This document shows, in pieces, positions 19,901 to 29,280 of a stretch of DNA of 57,370 nt; the stretch's first letter is position 1, and the number at the start of each line of letters is the position of its first letter. This DNA is from a virus (Duplodnaviria > Caudoviricetes). The notes below the pieces were generated by a model, which was given only the letters and a program-made list of their open reading frames with translations, did no database searches and had not been told where the DNA came from. The position numbers and the translations under genes are program-made. The stretch covers positions 1 to 57,370 of the IMG/VR virus record IMGVR_UViG_3300042468_000162, one strand, 5' to 3'.

Positions 19901-20276
19901 CCCAATGAGCAGCCTCAGCCTTTGACGGTGACCCAATAAAACCATTCTCATACATCCACTGAGCCTCTGCAGATGTTACTGAGTTTGCTGCAGCTTGTAA
20001 TGCTGTTAAAGTATATGCACCACCACCAAAAGTAATCTCATCTGAAGACACACTATTAGCTGAACTATCTTCTTGTGTACGTCCTACTCTACCGCCTATA
20101 GCAAACTTCTTAACATCTCCACCACGTGCCATATATTTATCAGCAACTAGTCCATACTTCTGTGCCATTGCAGGATCAGATTGAAGGAACTCATCAAACA
20201 TAGACATAGGACCATCGTAGCCCATCTTACGTGCTACAATTTCCTTCTGTTTTGCTGTGAAGTTTTTACTTGGCAT
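16965..20276 (-). CDS. Putative virion protein with a Thr/Pro-rich N-half and Q/N/A-rich repeat C-half
   Basis: 1103 aa; TTQA/TQPPTT repeats; recurrent NLxNxQQ repeats typical of DNA pilot/ejection proteins. Confidence 0.7.
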   Translation of the reverse strand: MPSKNFTAKQKEIVARKMGYDGPMSMFDEFLQSDPAMAQKYGLVADKYMARGGDVKKFAIGGRVGRTQEDSSANSVSSDEITFGGGAYTLTALQAAANSVTSAEAQWMYENGFIGSPSKAEAAHWALVNKFGFSADEADRAISNLTFRADPVVVTEAPAVTEAPTTQPPTTRAPITQPPTTEPVFVTEATVTLAPADELAARIDRLVSETGLPRFLIASRVNSGLSDAEIYASVSTTQATTTQATTTQATTTTQPPTTTTRAGDTRLDVETNPTTTRATTGTITTVPTTTVATTTGTTTKAPITTLFANTTTAATTARATVTTAGTTRSTSNVVDNLFSGLSKPTITTLSAVTLATDTNQELTVSTLPSLTTVTAKTVSGATTVATVGTGTAVTMAATTVEDAFTKELEKVSAITGSVSTTLAAVTGTVSSGATAATLTAAPVSTLTAGTRTVAPGETITAATDETAVTATAATMGTVATITAATRAVSTQELVTAATIKPEDMAYAEAIVDSGLATDAIAVAKKLSKFSVSDGTLAEFIQGNVDANATVQGQLTQLMKSFDDGTPAWAAGAIRAANAAMAARGLGGSSMASAAILQAAMESALPIAAQDAQTFANMGLANLNNRQQVSLANAAAQQGVMLANFNAEQQVELQNSANAFALQSQNLSNKQQAVIANAQIKAALQGQNLSNQQQAAIANAARYAEVNNINLNNLQQTALANSANALQVDLQNLSNKQQTALANAQIDAALQMKNLDNRQQAAVINSARLAEANNLTFTAQQQAALQNSEIMKSLSIANLNAAQATTLQNAATIAAMDMANLNNRQQAAVENARAFLAMDMRNLDAQQQMAIFKTQQLTQVMLSDAAAENAAAQFNATSENQVTQFYDGLKVQVNQFNASQSNALSQFNVSQDNAFSQFNASQMNQRDQFNAQNRLIVDQSNAEWRRNIATANTAAQNRANEINAQNALAVSMAEYNNQWQAYRDNMQFAFTAGENDLDRENRLAIASLQKEGMIEAAKAQRTAGAYQAAGAVTAAILGKTTIAGDIATWATNAIKGFSGTLTGSNTISLNELSAETLGIDDTTFNNLISELSSFDINIATPPPG
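19519..19573. repeat. 15-bp tandem repeat encoding TTQAT
   Basis: gtagtagtagcctgt-type unit, about 3 copies. Confidence 0.8.
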
Positions 20277-20294
20277 ATCAGTGTTGTCCCTGCT

Positions 20295-20756
20295 TTATCG
20301 CATCAATAAGGATTCAGCTTCTCTACGTTTAACTAATCCTGGTAGTATCTTGCCACCACCTCTAACCCATCTCATAAGCTGTTCTCTTGCACCTTCCCAA
20401 TCTTGGGCATTTATCTTACGTCTAAGTGTACTTGTCTGTAATGCCCCAACACCTAGGTTATATGCAAAATCTACAATGGCATTAAACTTACGCCAATCCC
20501 TAGACTGCATAGCTAATGATATTAAGATAGGGCACTGTCTAATTACACCGGGAGCGTATGTGTGCATAAGCTCAAACAGTAGAAGCTGCCTTGCTTGAGG
20601 TTCTGTTATAGCTACATCTGTTAATTTAACCTTACGCCCATCTGCATAGTAAGTACTTCCATACCCAATAGTAGGAATACCTGCAGGACATAAATAAGGC
20701 TTAGATGAAAACCCCTCAAACCTACGACATAACTCAGCAGCAATATCTAATTGCAT
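20295..20756 (-). CDS. Endolysin, GH24 lysozyme
   Basis: FEGF...YLCPAGIPTIGYG, FAYNLG, LPGLVKRR.AE. Confidence 0.95.
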   Translation of the reverse strand: MQLDIAAELCRRFEGFSSKPYLCPAGIPTIGYGSTYYADGRKVKLTDVAITEPQARQLLLFELMHTYAPGVIRQCPILISLAMQSRDWRKFNAIVDFAYNLGVGALQTSTLRRKINAQDWEGAREQLMRWVRGGGKILPGLVKRREAESLLMR

Positions 20757-20767
20757 ATACTATTATA

Positions 20768-21262
20768 CTACAAACCACGCTTGGCAAGTGTTCTATCTAA
20801 GAACCAATAATTAAGTGTCCCGCTAACTAAGGCACTCATATCTGTAGTCATCATAGTCTTAAATACAATCTCTGCAGGTGCACCTGATAGCCAAGCATTC
20901 CATGCAAACCATACATGGATAAATGACCATATGAACAATACCCAATAAGTAACTACAGGTCTAACACTTGCAGACAAGGAAGCTGCCCATCCACCTGCAG
21001 CTTTAACCATTTCACTTTGTTGATTGATGGCAGCTTCAAATGCAGCCATAACACCTGTATCAATAGCAGCTTCACGCTGAGCACCTATTTCTGCTAGTTT
21101 TTGTGCACCACGCTGAGCTTCTAAATCACATTGCCTACTGAACATAAGTAGTTCATGATTTCTCTCATTCTTTTTATCAAGCCATTTTAAGACCTCAGGT
21201 GCAAGTCTGAATAGCCCACCAAAGATAGATCCTAATAGACCACCACTTAATATGTCTAACAT
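20768..21262 (-). CDS. Putative holin / membrane protein
   Basis: VRP motif, transmembrane segments, YWF..R; adjacent to the lysozyme. Confidence 0.6.
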   Translation of the reverse strand: MLDILSGGLLGSIFGGLFRLAPEVLKWLDKKNERNHELLMFSRQCDLEAQRGAQKLAEIGAQREAAIDTGVMAAFEAAINQQSEMVKAAGGWAASLSASVRPVVTYWVLFIWSFIHVWFAWNAWLSGAPAEIVFKTMMTTDMSALVSGTLNYWFLDRTLAKRGL

Positions 21263-21264
21263 AT

Positions 21265-21459
21265 CTAACTTTCTTCTTTATTAGCTTTTCTTCTAAATAT
21301 ACATTGAACTGTATCCGTTTCCCAGATACGAATAGCTGTCCATACAATAGTAAGTATGGCAGCTACAGCAGGTAATAGTTCAGCCAATGTACCTACAACT
21401 GTGATAATAGATATGGCATCACCTAATGTTTTTACTTGTTCATCAGCTTGCAATGCCAT
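21265..21459 (-). CDS. Small membrane protein of the lysis cassette
   Basis: Two hydrophobic segments and a basic C-terminus. Confidence 0.65.
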   Translation of the reverse strand: MALQADEQVKTLGDAISIITVVGTLAELLPAVAAILTIVWTAIRIWETDTVQCIFRRKANKEES

Positions 21460-21460
21460 A

Positions 21461-21631
21461 CTATTTACCTTTCTCTATTTCATTGACATGTTTCCAAAGT
21501 TCAGTGATTTGTTTATCATAGCCCTTCTCTAGATAATCGACACGAACTTTAATAGTTACTGCATACGCTGCAATAGCTACAACTGCTGCCCCTAGATACC
21601 ATAGCTTACCCAGTGTTTCTATGGCTTCCAT
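21461..21631 (-). CDS. Small membrane-anchored protein (56 aa, not in the ORF track)
   Basis: MEAIETLGKLWYLGAAVVAIAAYAVTIKVRVDYLEK...; fills the gap between neighbours. Confidence 0.7.
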   Translation of the reverse strand: MEAIETLGKLWYLGAAVVAIAAYAVTIKVRVDYLEKGYDKQITELWKHVNEIEKGK

Positions 21632-21637
21632 GGGTAA

Positions 21638-21976
21638 TTACACTGCAGATGCAGCCCAAGGTAGTGGTGGCGTAATCACCGGAGGATTGATCTGGTTATT
21701 GATATTGCTTTGCACCGCAGCTTCGGCGCTATCTTTATCCACGCCATTGGCCCATATCCAATTCAGCACTTCTTGCTGTGTCAGATTGGCGTAGGGGATG
21801 AAGCTAGCAGGGTCAGCAGGTGGTAGTGAGCAAGTGGAATAGACCGATGCTGTGTACGTCTTGCCATTGTCTACTTGCTCACCGTTACATGCCCAACCCA
21901 CTGTGATAACGGCTTCAGGTGGCGTGGCTGATGTGGTGGTTGTTTGCATCCATTGGATGATCCAGGTGGGGGCCAT
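21638..21976 (-). CDS. Tail-fibre-associated small protein
   Basis: FIPYANLTQQEVLNW...PLPW motif; directly follows the fibre gene. Confidence 0.7.
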   Translation of the reverse strand: MAPTWIIQWMQTTTTSATPPEAVITVGWACNGEQVDNGKTYTASVYSTCSLPPADPASFIPYANLTQQEVLNWIWANGVDKDSAEAAVQSNINNQINPPVITPPLPWAASAV

Positions 21977-21977
21977 G

Positions 21978-24521
21978 TTAGTTTCCTTCTAAAAGTGCCA
22001 CACGGGCGGTTAGGGATGTGATGAGGGCTTGCTGTTCTTGGATGGCTGCGGTCAGCGTGGCGACCAGGAAACTGGTGTCGATGCCTTGATATTGTGGGTT
22101 GCCTTCAGCATCCACAGCGTCTTTCTCGCCAGACACTGCTTGAGGACACACTTCAGCCAACTCGTGAGCAATGAAGCCTTCACCGTCAGAACCATCTACA
22201 TTCCACTTGTATGTGCAAGGCTTGAGCAATGCCACCTTAGCCAAAGCCCCTGTCATGGGTGTGATGGTGTTCTTCAGGCGGTAGTCGGAGGAAGTTACAT
22301 AGCTTGTAGATGATCCACTTGTATCGATAGTGCCAACAGTTCCGTTGCCATTGGTAAATGAAATAACACCTTGGTAAGTAGTCGTTATTGTGTTTGCCAA
22401 AGCAATACGGCCACCGGGTCCACTATTTCCAATCAAAGTCCCTGCAACGGATGAGGAGGGGCTACTCGTCGCCCCCACCAGCAAATCCCCCCCGCTGGTG
22501 ATACGGGCGCGTTCGGTGGTTCCACCGTTTCTGAAAATAAGGCTTTTACTTCCAAGGTTGCCTCTGTCTGCCGTGATGTAAAGCGTTCCATCAACATCGG
22601 CAAGTTCGGAATATCCGTTAGAACCACTATCCAAACGAAGCCCAGCGCCGCCTGCCAAATACGCATGCAGACGCGCCTGTGGACTCGTCGTCCCCACCCC
22701 CAAATTCCCACTCGCATCCAGCGTCATCGCCTGCGTGAAGGTGATAGCGTTTCCTGCTGTGCCGGAGCCTGCGGTGTGCCAAGAGTGAACGCCGTTTAAT
22801 TGCTGATACCTAGACGCAGCGTTGCTTGTTACATACTTCCATGTATCGGTTGCGGAGTAGTAAGCGTTAGCGTTAAAGGTTGTAAAACCGTAGTTGACAG
22901 TTTCAGTAAATATAGACCCGCCGCGACCAGAGCCGACATTAAGTCCAGTGCCTTCCACCCAAGCACTCGGCGTCACCCCAAGGCCGAGGTTGCCGGAGGT
23001 ATCCAAAACTAATCTAGTAACACCGTTGGTACTGTCACGAACAATAAATGAACCAACTGGGCCAAGACCTGCCGCAGCGCCGACAGTACCTATATTCCAA
23101 CTGTACCCGCCGGTGCTGGTGTTTACGATATTTACTAGCGTTGAACCGTTGGCGCTTGATTGAACCGCTAAAGGCTGACTAGGCGAACTCGTCCCAATCC
23201 CCAGGTTGCCGGAGGAGTCGAGGGTTGCCGAAAGACCTGCGGATGTCCCAAAAGAAAGCGTACTGCCGCGAATGCCAAATGGCACAACAGAAGAACGAGC
23301 GTCATTAAGCGCATCAATACCAACGCCGCCAACGACCGTGCCAAAAATTGCATCAGTCGTCCTAAATTCTGCATTCGCATTAGTTTGAACTTTTACAACC
23401 AGTTTGCTTGAAATTGAACTCGTCCCAATCCCCAGCCCTGTGCTGGTGAGGCGCATTTGTTCGGAAGCACCAAGCCAAATGTGCTCACCTGTTGAGGTAA
23501 TTAAATACCTGTCCTTAGCCGCCCCTGTGTCGTAAATAAAGAACTGTTGCGATTGAGCCGACTGACCGAATTGAAAGCCGGATGCGCCAGCGCCGTTATT
23601 GGTTAAGGTGATTTGCGTGTTACCAACCCCAGAAGGTCGGGAAATCTCAAGAACCCCACCCCCAACGCCAAGCGTGGTGCCGTTAAACGTCAGCGCACTA
23701 CCGCTTGTCGCCGCCTTGGAGCCGTTGAGGTACAGGACTCCGTTGGCAGTGCCACCAGAAAGTGTGACAGTAGAACTGGCAGATAGCGTAGTAAATGCAC
23801 CTGTAGAAGCTGAATTAGCACCAATGGCAGTACCATCAATAGCACCACTATCAATGTCAACTTTAGATATATCAACTTCGCCTGTGCCATTAGGAGTAAG
23901 GGCAATATTACCGTTAGCACCATCATAAATACGAATAACACCAGAGTTAGTACCTGCATTCGTATTGAATATCAGATCACCTGTGCCATTCGTTGTTACA
24001 GTAACATCTGTGTTACTATCTCCAACTTGTATGGTATCGGCAGTTAATATGACATCACCTGTACCATTGGGCACAAGGCTTATATTACCGTTCGTATCGG
24101 TTGAAGATATCGTATTACCATTGATATTGATGTTATCAATCTGGGCTTCTGTAACAGCTGAGTTAGTTCCCAGTGTAACACCATCAATTGTACCTGCATT
24201 GATATCTGCAGTATCAGCTACAAGTGCATCAATGTTAGCTGTACCATCAATATACAAATCTTTAAACTCAAAGCTGGAACTGCCTAAATCAACTGTATTA
24301 TCAGTCTTAGGTGTAATAGCTCCAGTGCTTATGACAAGATCTTGTGCAGGACCTATCTTGGTAATGGGTGCACCATTAGCTGCTGTACCATCGTGCGTAT
24401 GTCCCGTACTTGCATGGAATGCAGCTACAAGTGCATCAAATTCACCGTCTAAATCTGCAGCATTAATAACATTACCTGTGGCAATATTATTACTGGTATC
24501 ATTACGTGTATAGCCTGCCAT
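21978..24521 (-). CDS. Tail fibre with a C-terminal intramolecular chaperone (peptidase S74-like)
   Basis: N-terminal anchor (A.DLD.EF, GH.HDG), GNLG(I/V)GT repeats, TSSDYRLK cleavage motif, GFIAHEL, terminal coiled coil. Confidence 0.9.
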   Translation of the reverse strand: MAGYTRNDTSNNIATGNVINAADLDGEFDALVAAFHASTGHTHDGTAANGAPITKIGPAQDLVISTGAITPKTDNTVDLGSSSFEFKDLYIDGTANIDALVADTADINAGTIDGVTLGTNSAVTEAQIDNININGNTISSTDTNGNISLVPNGTGDVILTADTIQVGDSNTDVTVTTNGTGDLIFNTNAGTNSGVIRIYDGANGNIALTPNGTGEVDISKVDIDSGAIDGTAIGANSASTGAFTTLSASSTVTLSGGTANGVLYLNGSKAATSGSALTFNGTTLGVGGGVLEISRPSGVGNTQITLTNNGAGASGFQFGQSAQSQQFFIYDTGAAKDRYLITSTGEHIWLGASEQMRLTSTGLGIGTSSISSKLVVKVQTNANAEFRTTDAIFGTVVGGVGIDALNDARSSVVPFGIRGSTLSFGTSAGLSATLDSSGNLGIGTSSPSQPLAVQSSANGSTLVNIVNTSTGGYSWNIGTVGAAAGLGPVGSFIVRDSTNGVTRLVLDTSGNLGLGVTPSAWVEGTGLNVGSGRGGSIFTETVNYGFTTFNANAYYSATDTWKYVTSNAASRYQQLNGVHSWHTAGSGTAGNAITFTQAMTLDASGNLGVGTTSPQARLHAYLAGGAGLRLDSGSNGYSELADVDGTLYITADRGNLGSKSLIFRNGGTTERARITSGGDLLVGATSSPSSSVAGTLIGNSGPGGRIALANTITTTYQGVISFTNGNGTVGTIDTSGSSTSYVTSSDYRLKNTITPMTGALAKVALLKPCTYKWNVDGSDGEGFIAHELAEVCPQAVSGEKDAVDAEGNPQYQGIDTSFLVATLTAAIQEQQALITSLTARVALLEGN

Positions 24522-24534
24522 TTAAGTGTACCTC

Positions 24535-26511
24535 TTATCTTCGGTCAAAAGATGAATACTCTAGTACTGCTGCGTCGAGTGAAAACGGGGGGTCTGTGCC
24601 TATAGATTCAAATTGCAAAGAGACAGTAAATCCAGATCCTATAGTCTGTGTCGTAAATACTTTCTTTAATTTACTTCCAAATACAGATGTTCCGTATGTA
24701 GCTGTTACTGCACCATAGATAGCAACTGCACCTGCCACATTAGTTAGATTGATGTTCTCTGGTTGTATGATATTTTCTTCATCAAAATCAAACATCAAGT
24801 TCACTGAAATAGATACACCACCTTGTGGATCAATGTATAGTTTTAATTTATAAATTGATTTACGTAAACTAGGATCAGTGATAGGAACATAAGGTGTATA
24901 AAAGTAAGCTGTTATATCACCGCCATCAAAAGAGTTACCACTTTCCATCTTGTATACGTAGCCCGTATCATTGGAAAATATAATAGTCTCTGCTTTATTA
25001 CGATAGTTATAATCAGCTAAGTAAACTTTAATGCCACGTAATTCAGCCCAAGATACAGCGACATTGTTATCAACTTCGGTCTGTACACCTAAGATGCCTA
25101 CTGCATTTTCTGTAGATACATTAGTGTTGTACCCGAATATTCTATACTGTGACTTACTCTTAATAACTACAGATGCAAATGAAGTTGAAGTAGAGATCAT
25201 ATTAGTGACCTCTTTCTGTATAACTTTAGATACAACTGCTAATCCAAAATCTCCTACACGATCTGTAGCACTCAATAACCTGATACCATCTGGTCCAAGG
25301 AAAATAATGTCACTTCCATATTCTTGAATCGTATCAGTATCAATACAGCCTACATTCTCAGTGATAGGCTGCAGCACAAAGTCTGCAAGTGTATTGCCTA
25401 CAAGCCTTGTTATCTTACGTTGACTAAAGATAATAAGCTGTTCACGGAATACAATTAAACCTGTAATAGCACTTCCTACCGATATAATCCCTGCCCCATT
25501 AGCAGGTGTATAATCATTATCTGTATAGGGGGCAGTGAATATAAGCTTATCCCCCTTAGCTAAGAACAGATGATTCTTAAAGAAGACTACATGTTCCGCA
25601 CCAAAGGCATCTGCAGTTGCATTATTCTGTACTGTAAACGTCGTACCATCCCATGTCATGGGTGGATTCTGACCATCTACAATACATATTTTCTCTGTTG
25701 TAGCAATACGATACTTAGCATGTCTGGCTCTAGAACTATCGATTAAAGCTGCAGTTAGCCATGTAATTGCTGCATTGTCAGATGGGCTAGATGCAAGTGA
25801 AGGATTAATTGCTAAAGTAGCACCACCTGATGATACCGTTGCATCTGCAGTAACTGTGTATACTTTCTCTACACCTGCAATCGTAAATGTATCACCAGCT
25901 TGTGGTACTGAAGTTAACCCATCGACAACTAAACTAGAGCCAGTTTGACCCGCACCATTAACTAGTGTAGTGCCGTAGCTTGGGACATTGATCTGTGTCC
26001 ACGATGTACCCGTTGAATAATATATATTACTATTCTTAGCTGCAATGACTTTATTTTCCCATGCAGCAATGCCATGAATTGTACCTGTAGTAGTTGTAAA
26101 TGTAACTGCAGCTAAATCAGCAGGGCTAGAAGCAAGGCTAGAAGTCAGTGTCAGTGTAGCTCTTTTATTAGTAGAGTCATATGAGACACCTGCAGTTGCA
26201 ATTGTATATGTACCTGTAACACCTGCAATCGTTAGTTGATGTCCATCCGAAGGTGCTTTGTATATATTACCGACAACTAATGTCGTACCTGTTTGACCTG
26301 ATCCATGTACTTTAACTGCTGCATAAGAGGGGACTAAGGTACTTGAATACTTTTCATAGCCTAATATACGTTGATACCCGCCTTCTACAGAGGGTTCAAA
26401 GTTACGTAATACACGAGCTGAGCCTGGGAGTTTAATACCCTGTTGTAGTGGGGATAGATTAGTAACTAACCCACCTGCAAACTCAAAGGGATATGTAGCC
26501 CAACGATCCAT
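24535..26511 (-). CDS. Tail tubular/nozzle protein (T7 gp12 or P22 gp10-like)
   Basis: 658 aa, beta-rich; follows the adaptor gene in podovirus order. Confidence 0.7.
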   Translation of the reverse strand: MDRWATYPFEFAGGLVTNLSPLQQGIKLPGSARVLRNFEPSVEGGYQRILGYEKYSSTLVPSYAAVKVHGSGQTGTTLVVGNIYKAPSDGHQLTIAGVTGTYTIATAGVSYDSTNKRATLTLTSSLASSPADLAAVTFTTTTGTIHGIAAWENKVIAAKNSNIYYSTGTSWTQINVPSYGTTLVNGAGQTGSSLVVDGLTSVPQAGDTFTIAGVEKVYTVTADATVSSGGATLAINPSLASSPSDNAAITWLTAALIDSSRARHAKYRIATTEKICIVDGQNPPMTWDGTTFTVQNNATADAFGAEHVVFFKNHLFLAKGDKLIFTAPYTDNDYTPANGAGIISVGSAITGLIVFREQLIIFSQRKITRLVGNTLADFVLQPITENVGCIDTDTIQEYGSDIIFLGPDGIRLLSATDRVGDFGLAVVSKVIQKEVTNMISTSTSFASVVIKSKSQYRIFGYNTNVSTENAVGILGVQTEVDNNVAVSWAELRGIKVYLADYNYRNKAETIIFSNDTGYVYKMESGNSFDGGDITAYFYTPYVPITDPSLRKSIYKLKLYIDPQGGVSISVNLMFDFDEENIIQPENINLTNVAGAVAIYGAVTATYGTSVFGSKLKKVFTTQTIGSGFTVSLQFESIGTDPPFSLDAAVLEYSSFDRR

Positions 26512-27236
26512 CAGGAAGCCAGCCTTGGACCTGCTACATATCTGCGCTGCTGCTGTATCATTTTGCTACGAACATAATCATAGCGATTGATACAAATAAC
26601 CCGCATATTTTTAATGCCCTGCTCAAACTTCTGCTTAGATAGTGTGGCAGCTTGTTCATTACTTCTAAACATGTAAGTGTAATACATACCACCTTCAATG
26701 ATTACATGTTTAAATGTTTCAGGTATATCTGGCACATCATCATAATTTACAAGATCTACTGCATTCTTATAATACTCGTACACTAATGTATAAGCTTTAT
26801 CTGGACATGACACTAGACCAAATTCTAAACCAGGAGCACGAAATACATAAGTAGGAAGATCACGCACACTAGTATCACTAGTATATTCTTGATCTACATA
26901 CTGCTCCAAGTATTCTTCATAGGACATGATCTTAAGCTTTGAAGTATCATTATCCAGGGTACTATCTTCTTTAATCCTGAAGCTATCAAAATCAATAGTC
27001 TTTGCATCATTGGGGTAAGCATAACGTGTTTCACCTGCAGTCAATATAATCTCATCTCTGCAGTGATTAAAAGGCCATTCAAACTCTTCTTGGTTAATAT
27101 CTTGTATGGCATCATTAATTGCATCTTTAGCATGAGAGTAAAACCCTTTAGCTGATGCAAAGTTAGATGAAGTAAGTTCAACTTCATTAAACCTACGATT
27201 AATTGTATTAACTAAATCTAGATAGTTATATGCCAT
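26511..27236 (-). CDS. Tail tubular protein A / head-tail adaptor
   Basis: YLDLVN..., EWPFN, DVPDIPE.F..VI; size and position. Confidence 0.7.
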   Translation of the reverse strand: MAYNYLDLVNTINRRFNEVELTSSNFASAKGFYSHAKDAINDAIQDINQEEFEWPFNHCRDEIILTAGETRYAYPNDAKTIDFDSFRIKEDSTLDNDTSKLKIMSYEEYLEQYVDQEYTSDTSVRDLPTYVFRAPGLEFGLVSCPDKAYTLVYEYYKNAVDLVNYDDVPDIPETFKHVIIEGGMYYTYMFRSNEQAATLSKQKFEQGIKNMRVICINRYDYVRSKMIQQQRRYVAGPRLAS

Positions 27237-27553
27237 TACTGCTCCCTAATACGCAATCTAACAGAGCGTTCAGCAGTGCTACCTGTATTATCCGTAATAC
27301 TACAAAAGAAAGTATATTCTTTATTCAATGTACCTGAGCCTAGATTAATCGTAGCTACTGTGCTTGTATTAGTCTGTGATATATTTTGAATACCATCTAC
27401 AGTAGCACCCGCAGCTATCGTAGTTTTAGCTGTACTTGAAGTGCTTACAGACCATGTGACTGTTGAGATTGTTGCACCACCTAAGAATCTAGACCAGTCG
27501 ATACTGTAGTCTAGAATCTCATTAGGATCTTTGCTAGGCCAACTATATGCCAC
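27236..27553 (-). CDS. Small beta-rich virion protein
   Basis: KDPNEILDYSIDW motif; located in the structural module. Confidence 0.65.
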   Translation of the reverse strand: MAYSWPSKDPNEILDYSIDWSRFLGGATISTVTWSVSTSSTAKTTIAAGATVDGIQNISQTNTSTVATINLGSGTLNKEYTFFCSITDNTGSTAERSVRLRIREQ

Positions 27554-28524
27554 TATGCTACCCTCTCTTTTCGATCACCAGATGTACTACGTCTTTGTAC
27601 AGTTACAGATGTCTTAGGATAATCTGTGATGTAAACAATTCGTTTAGGACTTGCAGGTATTTTAATAGTTCTGTACGGGTTGTTAGAAAGCTCTACAGTT
27701 GTTGATTGAACTGCAGGTATGTAAACTAATCTATCTCTGCTATATAAATGTGCAACTGCTGCATAATCAAACTGTGTTGTCACTACAGTTACAGTACCCA
27801 CTGAACCTGTAGCACTTAAACCATTAAATGTAGGCTGGGCATTTTCAAATATAGATACAGTGCCAACTGAGCCTGTAGCATTTACACCTGTTACAGATAC
27901 AACTGCTTTAGCGAATACAGTTGTAGCACCAGCTTGACCTAAAGCATTTACACCAGTAGGTATAACAGAAGCTTTAGCTACTACAGTTACAGTGCCTGCT
28001 GCATTTGTTGCACTTACACCTGTTACAGGTACTCTATTAACAGTTACTTGTGTAGGTGTCCCTATTGATCCAGTGGCTTCATTACCAGTAACACTTACGT
28101 TACTATCACCAGATATAGAAGCTGTTGTTACTTGAGCAGTAGCAACTACACCTATGGCATTAACAGTAGCGTCTGCTGCAACAGTAGGCGCACTATTTGC
28201 ACCGGAGGCTGATACCCCTGTAACAGTATGACGTAGACCTAGACTAAAATTTAAACTATCATTAACAGCACCTGTGGCTGATACACCTGTAACAGCTACA
28301 TTGCTATCGCCACTTATTTGTCCAGGCCCTATGAGACCAACTGCACCTGTAGCTACAACGCCAATAACTACATGACTAGCGTCTGCTTCAATTACTACAC
28401 CACTATCTGTGGTACAAGTACCCTGTACCCCATCCGGTACTATAGATACATTAGAAACATCGTAATAAACACTACCATACGTTCCTATGCCATAGATAGC
28501 ACCAGAACGGGTAGATGTAGGCAT
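27553..28524 (-). CDS. Gly/Val/Thr-rich repeat fibre-like virion protein
   Basis: Repeated VTGVxATGxVG units. Confidence 0.7.
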   Translation of the reverse strand: MPTSTRSGAIYGIGTYGSVYYDVSNVSIVPDGVQGTCTTDSGVVIEADASHVVIGVVATGAVGLIGPGQISGDSNVAVTGVSATGAVNDSLNFSLGLRHTVTGVSASGANSAPTVAADATVNAIGVVATAQVTTASISGDSNVSVTGNEATGSIGTPTQVTVNRVPVTGVSATNAAGTVTVVAKASVIPTGVNALGQAGATTVFAKAVVSVTGVNATGSVGTVSIFENAQPTFNGLSATGSVGTVTVVTTQFDYAAVAHLYSRDRLVYIPAVQSTTVELSNNPYRTIKIPASPKRIVYITDYPKTSVTVQRRSTSGDRKERVA

Positions 28525-28536
28525 AGCTACACCCTA

Positions 28537-28980
28537 CTAAGCAATACGGATAATGGCATTAGACGCATCTGCCGCTGGAAACTGAATAACAAAATCTCCG
28601 TTAGTGGAAGTTTTATCTCCACCAAAAGCAAGAGCACATACGGCATTTGTAGTGCCAGACCCACCATCAGTCGTTGTGTTATAGATCAATGCACCATTTG
28701 CTGTAATCGTTGCAGAAGACCATGTAGTATCAGCAAAGTCACAAAAAGCAGTAGTACCACTGGTAGTAGGATCAATGTTAGTAAGTGCATTACCACCGGC
28801 AGTGTACCCAGTACCAGTGACTTCATTAGACGAGCTATAGTCAGTCGTACTAGCACCCAACGTAGCACTTGATGTGTATAGGGCAATTTTGAATGTATCA
28901 CCACTGGAGGCATTAAAATCATGTTTACCTTCCAGCAATTCTTTTTTAAAGGAGGTACACATTGCTGTTGTGATAGCCAT
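28537..28980 (-). CDS. Conserved putative virion structural protein
   Basis: SFKKELL, FKIALY, GYTAGG motifs. Confidence 0.7.
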   Translation of the reverse strand: MAITTAMCTSFKKELLEGKHDFNASSGDTFKIALYTSSATLGASTTDYSSSNEVTGTGYTAGGNALTNIDPTTSGTTAFCDFADTTWSSATITANGALIYNTTTDGGSGTTNAVCALAFGGDKTSTNGDFVIQFPAADASNAIIRIA

Positions 28981-29228
28981 TACTTTATCCTTGCAATAAG
29001 ATGTCTTTCATGGGATACAATTGCCTGTTGAATATAGTATTCAATAATCTTTTGTATATTATTTTTGTAAGCTAATGCTTGATCACGTATGGGACCTTCT
29101 GTTTTGTCACCTACATGAATGATTTTATCTGCAGCTAGTTTAGCCCAATCAGTCACTGCTAAAGGACCATTGCTAGATGCAACGACATTAACTGCACCCG
29201 GAGAAAGATTTGCTGTAAATGTAAACAT
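28980..29228 (-). CDS. Hypothetical protein
   Basis: Coupled to the next gene; start probably ATG 29228, downstream of the hairpin. Confidence 0.6.
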   Translation of the reverse strand: MFTFTANLSPGAVNVVASSNGPLAVTDWAKLAADKIIHVGDKTEGPIRDQALAYKNNIQKIIEYYIQQAIVSHERHLIARIK

Positions 29229-29230
29229 AT

Positions 29231-29264
29231 AGAAAGGGGGCAATGCCTTGTTAGACACTGCCCC
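29231..29264 (-). terminator. Terminator-like hairpin after the capsid genes
   Basis: Minus strand GGGGCAGTGTCT-aaca-AGGCATTGCCCC then CTTTCT (12-bp stem with G-U pairs). Confidence 0.6.
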
Positions 29265-29280
29265 TATAGTTAGTTAGCTA

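Noticed and set aside
21978-24521. Diversity-generating retroelement or invertible tail-fibre cassette
   Set aside because: No reverse transcriptase, template repeat or inverted alternate fibre ends; the internal repeats are ordinary fibre repeats
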